Under the pieces are notes generated by a model. That model was not told where the DNA came from. It saw only the letters and a program-made list of their open reading frames with translations, and ran no database searches. A stretch of 64,000 nucleotides of DNA from an uncultured virus (IMG/VR IMGVR_UViG_3300023110_001306) (Duplodnaviria > Heunggongvirae > Uroviricota > Caudoviricetes): positions 1 through 64,000 of the IMG/VR virus record IMGVR_UViG_3300023110_001306; one strand, given 5' to 3'. Of the stretch, positions 57,712 to 64,000 are shown in pieces. The stretch's first letter is position 1. Each line of letters begins with the position of its first letter. A program made the translations under genes and the position numbers.

Positions 57712-57897
57712 TTATCTCCTTTTTAAATTATTATATTGTAAGTAGATCAAAAAGTCAACTATTAAAAAATTAAAAAACAATCCTGTAGTAGTAAGCATCA
57801 CTCCAAAAAGCATAGGGATAATAATTAGGAACAATCCTAGTTTAATAAGATAATCAAAGGCTAATTCAACCGGAACTGTCCAAAACAACCAAGTCAT
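57712..57897 (-). CDS. Small membrane protein
   Basis: 61 aa, hydrophobic, ATGA-coupled. Confidence 0.5.
   Translation of the reverse strand: MTWLFWTVPVELAFDYLIKLGLFLIIIPMLFGVMLTTTGLFFNFLIVDFLIYLQYNNLKRR
57730..57758 (-). promoter_or_regulatory. Sigma70-like promoter inside the upstream gene
   Basis: TTGACT-17 nt-TATAAT. Confidence 0.7.
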
Positions 57898-58328
57898 ACA
57901 GTATACTCGAAATTATTTGATTCAGTGTTTTCACTGACCCATTCAGCACCATTGCGTAGATGAAACTTCATTGCCATTTCAGTCTTAGGACTAAGAGTAA
58001 CATATCGTTTAACATTCTTAGTGTTCTTAATATGATCCGCGGCACGTAATACCATGTCACGCCCTGCACCTTTTGCATAACTCCATACTGTATAGAATAT
58101 TGCAATATCACCATCAACTGTACTAAACTCTGTTAGTTCTTGTTCATTAGTTGGAACTTTGTTTGCATAGGCAACACAAATAACCGCTTGTATTACACTA
58201 TCTTCGTTTTCGAGTGCATAAACTTCTCTACCATTACTAATTCGATATGCTAACGGTAAGTGGCCTCGAACAGGATCGTCGGAACAGTGACCAATGTTCC
58301 AGTCATCTTGAATTTGAATTAATTCCAT
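57894..58328 (-). CDS. GNAT-fold / malonyl-CoA decarboxylase-like protein
   Basis: AIFYTVWSY..GAG...VTLSP.T.MA..FH..NGA. Confidence 0.55.
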   Translation of the reverse strand: MELIQIQDDWNIGHCSDDPVRGHLPLAYRISNGREVYALENEDSVIQAVICVAYANKVPTNEQELTEFSTVDGDIAIFYTVWSYAKGAGRDMVLRAADHIKNTKNVKRYVTLSPKTEMAMKFHLRNGAEWVSENTESNNFEYTV

Positions 58329-58972
58329 TATTTGATTCCTAATATCAGTTTGACCCTGCGTAAATCACTTTCTGGATTGCACACAGGAATTCTATTGTAC
58401 TTTTCGTAGTACTTAACCATCAAAGCCATCTCATGATCTTTGACCTGACTGCTATGCATTGGCAAGTATGCTTGATAGCAATGATCGATATCTGCTTTAT
58501 CAAAGTTTTCTTTAAATGCTGTACCACAACCGTAAGGCGAAAGCCTTTCGTTTCGTACTGTGCCTTTAAAGTCTGTACGGCGACCGAGCATACAATTACG
58601 TGTTACTGCTCTACTTTCGCCAATATAAATTACACCTTCATGTAGGAAGTCTGCAGGACCAGTTGGAGGACCGTCCTTATATAATCCGTAAACATAACAA
58701 CCAGCATCTTTTTTATCAAAACCCCAATTAGCACTCCAAGATTCGTCGATGTGATGCCATTTAGTAAACTCTAAACTCCAAGGGTCAACAAGTGTCATTT
58801 CTTGGGTACTAAATGCATCTAGGCCACTAGTTGTGAAAACTTTCTTGAACGTATAACATAGTTCTTCAAGTTTATCTTCGTGTTGTGTAAAAATGGACTC
58901 TAGTACTTCTTGTTTGAGTCCATGTCCTCCACTAGCCTTTGCAATGTTTTCTGCGAGTATCTTCGCTTTCAT
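58328..58972 (-). CDS. GIY-YIG endonuclease-like protein
   Basis: GCYVY...VIYIGES...R...E...N pattern. Confidence 0.65.
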   Translation of the reverse strand: MKAKILAENIAKASGGHGLKQEVLESIFTQHEDKLEELCYTFKKVFTTSGLDAFSTQEMTLVDPWSLEFTKWHHIDESWSANWGFDKKDAGCYVYGLYKDGPPTGPADFLHEGVIYIGESRAVTRNCMLGRRTDFKGTVRNERLSPYGCGTAFKENFDKADIDHCYQAYLPMHSSQVKDHEMALMVKYYEKYNRIPVCNPESDLRRVKLILGIK

Positions 58973-58980
58973 GTTACACC

Positions 58981-59178
58981 TTACATCTTTGCTTCGCGTT
59001 CTTTACGAGCCTTGTTTGCTCTAGCAATACCACGCTTCTTGTCAAGTCTTTTTTGCTCACTTGGCTTAGTATAGTATTGACGTTCTTTAAGTTCAACTAG
59101 TAATCCGCTTTTTTTAATTTTACGTTTAAGTTGTCTTAATGCTTTTTCAACGTTATTATTTTTTACTATTACTTGCAT
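58981..59178 (-). CDS. rpsU: 30S ribosomal protein bS21
   Basis: VIVKNNNVEKALRQLKRKIKKSGLLVELKERQYYTKPSEQKR; SD AGGAGG. Confidence 0.92.
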   Translation of the reverse strand: MQVIVKNNNVEKALRQLKRKIKKSGLLVELKERQYYTKPSEQKRLDKKRGIARANKARKEREAKM

Positions 59179-59194
59179 ACTCCTCCTTTCCGTG

Positions 59195-59416
59195 TTAATG
59201 GAGCGTTCTCATTGCTCCTTCATCATTTAAATCAATTCCAAAGTATTCTTCACAAATTGTAACGATACTTTCTGGAACTAAATCTTCTTCTTTACCTGCT
59301 GGTATATACAAGCCTTTCAAATCTCCATCAGCACTAATAATTAGTGCCCAGTCATCATCTTCCATGGCTTCACCAAGTTCAAAATATTCTTGGTTGTCTT
59401 GCATTGTACACTCCAT
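59195..59416 (-). CDS. Small acidic hypothetical protein
   Basis: 73 aa; promoter TTGACA-16 nt-TATAAT at 59423-59450. Confidence 0.55.
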   Translation of the reverse strand: MECTMQDNQEYFELGEAMEDDDWALIISADGDLKGLYIPAGKEEDLVPESIVTICEEYFGIDLNDEGAMRTLH

Positions 59417-59446
59417 AACTAAATTATATACTATTACTATTTAATG

Positions 59447-60241
59447 TCAACCTATTTTTACATAATTGATCATTGTTTCGGGGTATTTGGTAATAAAGTT
59501 TTTACCGTGGCCTTTTACTTTGCCTTTTATTTTGAACGTAGTATCTACTTTTGGCAGTTGCTTAGTTTGATCAAAGTTTTTAAAGAAACTGACAAGGTTA
59601 CCATCAAGTGATCCATTTAATACATGGCAACCGAAACGTTCTACAAAACGAATTTCATTAAGTGTAAACATACCAAACACTTGTTCACCAATACGCCCAA
59701 TGTGTTTACTTTCACTAAAGTCGTTTTTAATCTTTTTCTTTAGTTCTTTCTTTTCGAAACTATCAAAATATACTTTTGGAAGAACTGCTACAACACCAAA
59801 GTCGGAACGTTTCAAAGTACTTTTAGTAATAGATTCAAGTAGTGACTTCATAAAGTCGTTTAACGAATCAGCAATTACGGCAAATGCGTTTTCTTTGTGC
59901 AAATACTCTACACTTTTACGAGCATTCTCACGGTCTTCATCAATTACTGTAATAGGCTGGAAGTCCGGAGGGTTCATACCGTACGGTGCTAATTGGCATA
60001 ACATTGATTCTTTATTAGAGAAAAGTGTAGGATTGTCTTCTGAAAACCTACGTGTATCTCTATAATAGCCACCGTTGTGTCGATGTGTTGCAAATGCAAC
60101 AGACAATACTTCTAGAGTATCGTATTCTTTTTTCTTTGTATTCGCCACGGGTTTTACCTTGCCTTCGTTTCTAAGTTCAAATGCTAGTTCTTGTGTTTTG
60201 AACTCTTTCTTTGTCATATCGCCTATCATTAGAAGCCTCAT
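59447..60241 (-). CDS. Hypothetical protein with a possible C-terminal OB fold
   Basis: SKHIG..GE...FKIKGKVK.H...T.INYVK; promoter TTGACA-17 nt-TATTAT at 60262-60290. Confidence 0.6.
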   Translation of the reverse strand: MRLLMIGDMTKKEFKTQELAFELRNEGKVKPVANTKKKEYDTLEVLSVAFATHRHNGGYYRDTRRFSEDNPTLFSNKESMLCQLAPYGMNPPDFQPITVIDEDRENARKSVEYLHKENAFAVIADSLNDFMKSLLESITKSTLKRSDFGVVAVLPKVYFDSFEKKELKKKIKNDFSESKHIGRIGEQVFGMFTLNEIRFVERFGCHVLNGSLDGNLVSFFKNFDQTKQLPKVDTTFKIKGKVKGHGKNFITKYPETMINYVKIG

Positions 60242-60301
60242 TACCTAAGTGTTATAGTGTTATAATAACACAAAGTATTATATTTGTCAACCAAAAAAAT
60301 A

Positions 60302-60868
60302 TTAAAATATGTGATCTGCAATACCTAAATCAACCATTTGTTTGGCTGTGTAATATTGATCACTTGGGTTCTTAATAAATTTGTTACGTACTTCTTGGAT
60401 TGTCATTCCGCTGGCATCTTTTAATATTTGTAAACAACGCATTTCACAGTTTTGGTTTTCTTTCATCTGTGCTTTCATGTCGTGTACTTTGGCTTCCATT
60501 GAGTCGGAATGTTGATGATTCATTGAACCTGCATTTTTACCAACATAACGCTCACCCTGTTTGCCACTAGCAAAAATTAAAAAGCCAGCACTCATAACAG
60601 CACCAATACCGATAGTGCTAATGTTATGATAACTGTTCTTCATTACATCAATCAAAGCAAATGCTTCGTATAGGTCTCCGCCATATGTGTTAATGTAAAG
60701 TTTAAGGGTACGTTTTGGTTTCTTGTTTAAGTTTGCAGAAAGAATCCATTTGATTGCTTCACCTACATTTTCACTAGCAATGTCGCCGTGCAGATAATGG
60801 ATATCACTGTCCAACAGACTTTTATCAATGGCGTCACTTGCAGTCCAATTATCGTATTTTGTAGGCAT
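60302..60868 (-). CDS. clpP: ClpP-like protease subunit
   Basis: INTYGG, GAVMSAG (Ser), MNHQ (His) and DQYYTA...LGIAD motifs. Confidence 0.85.
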   Translation of the reverse strand: MPTKYDNWTASDAIDKSLLDSDIHYLHGDIASENVGEAIKWILSANLNKKPKRTLKLYINTYGGDLYEAFALIDVMKNSYHNISTIGIGAVMSAGFLIFASGKQGERYVGKNAGSMNHQHSDSMEAKVHDMKAQMKENQNCEMRCLQILKDASGMTIQEVRNKFIKNPSDQYYTAKQMVDLGIADHIF

Positions 60869-60897
60869 ATTTTATTCTATTAGTTATGTACGTATAT

Positions 60898-61374
60898 TTA
60901 TTCGATTGCCCAGGCTTTGTGACCAAGATCGTTTTGCTCGGCCCATCTAACAAATAGGCCTATTTCACGACCCATTGCTTCAATTTCCCATGGATAATCC
61001 CAGTAACTCATTTTGTCACGGTTGTATTCTACTCCGTCAAATTTAACATATTGACGTCCTTTCATCAGATCCTTCATTTGACCTGTTGCGAACTGTTTGA
61101 CGTGTACCATTTCGTGACACACTGATTCTAGTGCTTTACGTAGTGGTTGTGATTTGTCAATTTCTATAGTAAATTCCTTAGGACGAGTATTATCATCTTC
61201 CCACATACAAGTACCGCACTCGTTGTGTTTTTCATACATATCTTTTGTGTATCGTACTGTAACTTCTAGTGAGTTTGTCATTCGCTTAGACATAAGCATA
61301 TATGCACAGAAATGAACTAGGCTTTCTGTGTATTTCTTTTGACTGCGATTAGCATTTACTACGGTAACTTGCAC
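60898..61374 (-). CDS. Zincin-like metallopeptidase
   Basis: HEMVHVKQ...PWEIEA. Confidence 0.75.
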   Translation of the reverse strand: MQVTVVNANRSQKKYTESLVHFCAYMLMSKRMTNSLEVTVRYTKDMYEKHNECGTCMWEDDNTRPKEFTIEIDKSQPLRKALESVCHEMVHVKQFATGQMKDLMKGRQYVKFDGVEYNRDKMSYWDYPWEIEAMGREIGLFVRWAEQNDLGHKAWAIE

Positions 61375-61376
61375 TA

Positions 61377-61571
61377 TTACTTTTCCTCTTGTTTAGTGTA
61401 TGCACTTCTGTCTTGTGAAACCAGATAACAATCGGCTTGTATCTGTGCAATTAGATTATCAATTTCTAAATTTGAACCCTTGACTGCACCATATTTTAGT
61501 TCTCTTAATCTGTCGGCATCTTTTTTAATACCATCAATCTTGTCGCACATTTGGCTAATTTTATGAAGCAT
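61377..61571 (-). CDS. Hypothetical protein
   Basis: 64 aa; SD GGAGG; promoter TTGACT-17 nt-TAAACT at 61601-61629. Confidence 0.6.
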   Translation of the reverse strand: MLHKISQMCDKIDGIKKDADRLRELKYGAVKGSNLEIDNLIAQIQADCYLVSQDRSAYTKQEEK

Positions 61572-61629
61572 TGATCCCTCCTTATTTTTAAACTATAAAT
61601 AGTTTAACAGAACGAAAGGCAAAAGTCAA

Positions 61630-61992
61630 GTGGAAATTTTCCTATTTTTAATGATAAAACACGCTATTGTTGACCTTGGTTTTCAACCATTTGGTCTCGG
61701 TAGTTCCAAAAAATATTATTTTGGTTGGCCCGCTCACAAACAACATTATGTCCCACACGGACTCTTAACCGTGCTTGTAATGGCGTCTTACACGCACATA
61801 AACGTCGCTGTAGCGTTGGGAATACTAGATTATATACTACACTGGCATACAGACTTTACTAAGACTAAAATACGTAATTATTTTGAATGGACTAGCAAAG
61901 ACAGACAGTTTTGGATTTTGAATGCTGTAGATCAAATACTACACTTTACTGGATACTATATAATTGTGTTGATTGCTACTTCACAAATTTAA
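61630..61992 (+). CDS. DUF3307-like membrane protein
   Basis: H...D..Q, H...HG, HWHTD..K and DQILH motifs; TATAAATA at 61594-61601. Confidence 0.7.
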   Translation: MEIFLFLMIKHAIVDLGFQPFGLGSSKKYYFGWPAHKQHYVPHGLLTVLVMASYTHINVAVALGILDYILHWHTDFTKTKIRNYFEWTSKDRQFWILNAVDQILHFTGYYIIVLIATSQI

Positions 61993-63343
61993 ACGCAAAC
62001 TTACCGCCAATACGTGAACTATAATAATTCTTAGAACCATCTAGTGCAACAGTACCTTGGAAGTTTGGAGGGTAAACAGCCTGGAAGCCAGTTACACGAA
62101 TGTCGTCACCCTTCTTACCAACTTTGGTATAAAGTTGTATAATACTTGCTGTGTTTAATAATGAAATTGCTTCTGTAGAAAATTTTGGATTTTCGTTTAC
62201 CTTGAGTGCAACCTTTTTAGCCAACGCACTTGTGATAGCATATCCGGTATTAAACCCTTGAACAGTCATATCAAAGTTAACACCTTCAACCATTTTAGTT
62301 GCTTCGTCACTCATGTTTTCAAAGTCTTGTTTACCTTGCTTCATATACTCGTCTGCTTCTTTTCTTAGTGCAGGAGTTGATAACTGAAACTTTTCGCCTA
62401 AATCAAAAGGTGCTTCTTTTGCACTCTTAGTTGCAATAGTTGTAACTATGTCTGCAACAAACTTTGTATTTGACATTAGTTCGGCATTGTCTTTGTTCTT
62501 TTGTAAAGAGTCATACAAGTTCTTTGCACTAGCAGATGCACCAGCGCCACCTTTAGAACTAATACCAATCTCTTTGCCGTCTGGAGCAAGGAACACGCTA
62601 TCGACTAAGTTGTAGTTCATTGCCATAGGCCAAAAGATATTAAGGTCTTTCCAGTTAGCGCCACCGGCTAACTCTTGTCTTGCCTGTTCGGCGTCACCTT
62701 GTACAAGGCCACCCATCATAGCAACCGGACCCATAATTTCACCAAAGTAATCTCTAATAGATTCTAGTTTTTCAATCTGCCCTGGGAACTCAGGCATTTG
62801 TCCATTAGATGCTGATTCAAGTGCAGTTACAAGAACTTCACCTTCCTGGCCAGCATTAGTTCTTACAGTTTGAATAATCTGTTCTGGACCTTTAAATTTG
62901 TTTTGAGATTTAATTAGTGTTTGTGGATCTAAACCAGTATCAATCTTTAACGCACCCTTGGTACCTAATTTCCAACCTGATGGAATTTGACTGTTACCCC
63001 AAACACCCATTAGGTCTGCACCTACTTGTCTAAGATATCTACCCCAGTAAATGTCTTTACCATCGCTAGTTCTAATCTGTGCAATACCAAATGCTAGTGT
63101 TCCTGCGTTAGCAGTATTAACCCATTCAATTTTAGCATTGTTATTTTTTTCAAACTCTGCAATGGCTTCGTCACGTTCTTCTGCTGTAGCAAATTTACCA
63201 CCTTGTGAAAGATCTGGAATTGCAATCGCTTGTACGAACTCTGCCTTTTCGCCATTGTCGTGGATATATGGCTCTCCAGGTTTACGCCCGAAAATGCCTT
63301 TAGACTCTATTACTTGTGTTTGTTTAAATTCGAAAAACCTCAT
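61976..63343 (-). CDS. Hypothetical protein with a CTS-like leader and a possible PD-(D/E)xK fold
   Basis: MRFFEFK...IES leader; DYFGE...LVDS...ISSKGG. Confidence 0.6.
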   Translation of the reverse strand: MRFFEFKQTQVIESKGIFGRKPGEPYIHDNGEKAEFVQAIAIPDLSQGGKFATAEERDEAIAEFEKNNNAKIEWVNTANAGTLAFGIAQIRTSDGKDIYWGRYLRQVGADLMGVWGNSQIPSGWKLGTKGALKIDTGLDPQTLIKSQNKFKGPEQIIQTVRTNAGQEGEVLVTALESASNGQMPEFPGQIEKLESIRDYFGEIMGPVAMMGGLVQGDAEQARQELAGGANWKDLNIFWPMAMNYNLVDSVFLAPDGKEIGISSKGGAGASASAKNLYDSLQKNKDNAELMSNTKFVADIVTTIATKSAKEAPFDLGEKFQLSTPALRKEADEYMKQGKQDFENMSDEATKMVEGVNFDMTVQGFNTGYAITSALAKKVALKVNENPKFSTEAISLLNTASIIQLYTKVGKKGDDIRVTGFQAVYPPNFQGTVALDGSKNYYSSRIGGKFAFKFVK

Positions 63344-63354
63344 AGCACTAGTAT

Positions 63355-64000
63355 TTATGCTATTTTTGGAAATAATGCGTTAGTGCAGAATTCGTCAACA
63401 TCTGCTTCATTAAGTCCTAATGACTTCATAACTCTAGGTGTATGTGGATTTTGTTGCTGGTTATGGCAGTAGTAGTTTTGAGCACCTGCTGTAATATCTA
63501 CACTAGCATTGCCTGTATACTCAGGAACACTATCAAACCATACACGCAGGTTTTCTAAAGCAAGATCTACAATAGCAGTTGCTTCTTCTTCTGTGCGAAC
63601 ATTACCTGCGGCAACCATTCCTGGTGAAAAGATGTTCTGTGCCCATTCGGGTAGTTCACGTTGTTTACTAGGAATAAAATCTTTAACAGCATCTAAGTAC
63701 CATTCTACAAGAGGATGTTCTTCACCGCCTGAACTTGCTGAAAAATCATGAAATGCACCTGTCATTTTATTCTTACCTGCAATAACATCAAAGCCGTAAA
63801 TAGGACCATCATTTGATAACACAGGAAAACAACATACGTGCATCATCCACAGTCCGTGCGAGTCTCTTGCGTCTACAACATCAATGTGTGCTCTGCGTAC
63901 ATGATCATTTGCCCATACTCTGTTGATCCAACCGTTCTCAGGCTGATTAAATTTGTTTAATCCTTTTTCTTCTATTTCAGTGGCTTTCTCATCAAAGATG
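63355..64000 (-). CDS. pcyX: Ferredoxin-dependent bilin reductase, PcyX/PcyA family (5' end outside the window)
   Basis: Frame is open to the window end: GWINRVW..VRRAHIDVVD..GLWMMHVCCFP..GPIYGFDVIAG..TGAFHDFS..RELPEWA..IFS..QNYYC.NQQQNPHTPR. Confidence 0.85.
   Translation of the reverse strand, partial: IFDEKATEIEEKGLNKFNQPENGWINRVWANDHVRRAHIDVVDARDSHGLWMMHVCCFPVLSNDGPIYGFDVIAGKNKMTGAFHDFSASSGGEEHPLVEWYLDAVKDFIPSKQRELPEWAQNIFSPGMVAAGNVRTEEEATAIVDLALENLRVWFDSVPEYTGNASVDITAGAQNYYCHNQQQNPHTPRVMKSLGLNEADVDEFCTNALFPKIA

Larger units (their letters stand above)
3307..63358. promoter_or_regulatory. Dispersed T4-late-like promoter motif ATAAATA
   Basis: Copies just upstream of genes. Minus strand: 3307, 3960, 8872, 11711, 18305, 19698, 23220, 24854, 30544, 39181, 50591, 60895, 63352. 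Plus strand: 38659, 45346, 61595. Mostly before structural genes; resembles the T4 gp55 consensus TATAAATA. Confidence 0.7.

Noticed and set aside
1..64000. CRISPR array, diversity-generating retroelement, introns/inteins, integrase or IS elements
   Set aside because: I saw no regular repeat-spacer pattern, reverse transcriptase, transposase or interrupted core gene; faint elements could be missed by eye.
1..64000. Stop-codon reassignment
   Set aside because: Recognisable genes are full length under code 11 and end in TAA, TAG or TGA at the expected positions.

Overview
AT-rich, gene-dense segment of a large T4-like (jumbo-myovirus-type) dsDNA phage genome, mostly on the minus strand and read with standard code 11. 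The host is probably a Gram-negative aquatic bacterium: an Rz/Rz1 spanin pair, an FdxA-type ferredoxin and a PcyX-type bilin reductase suggest Alphaproteobacteria (inference). From left to right the window holds: (1) a cluster of small and modular probable internal-head proteins (0-3.3 kb); (2) clpA-def-dnaJ; (3) a lysis cassette; (4) phoH, thyX, parvulin, ferredoxin, clamp loader, tagD-like, mazG, groES and a truncated DnaE fragment; (5) a ~19 kb baseplate/tail block with two S8 proteases; (6) iscA, uvsE, PMM, a GH73 glucosaminidase, a glycosyltransferase, queD and several 2OG-Fe(II) oxygenases; (7) an oppositely oriented tail-fibre/adhesin cassette; (8) DNA ligase, two tRNAs, nucleases, ribosomal protein bS21, clpP and pcyX (partial). 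Two promoter classes recur: sigma70-like TTGAC(T/A)-N16/17-TAnnnT and T4-late-like ATAAATA. The most interesting candidates are a tagged, Glu-delimited modular virion-cargo protein system; a Shine-Dalgarno-occluding pseudoknot leader on queD; a gene whose stop codon lies inside a tRNA; a DnaE fragment ending just before its catalytic motif; and an esterase lacking its catalytic Ser inserted in a baseplate protein. All calls come from motif recognition by eye; no database searches were run.
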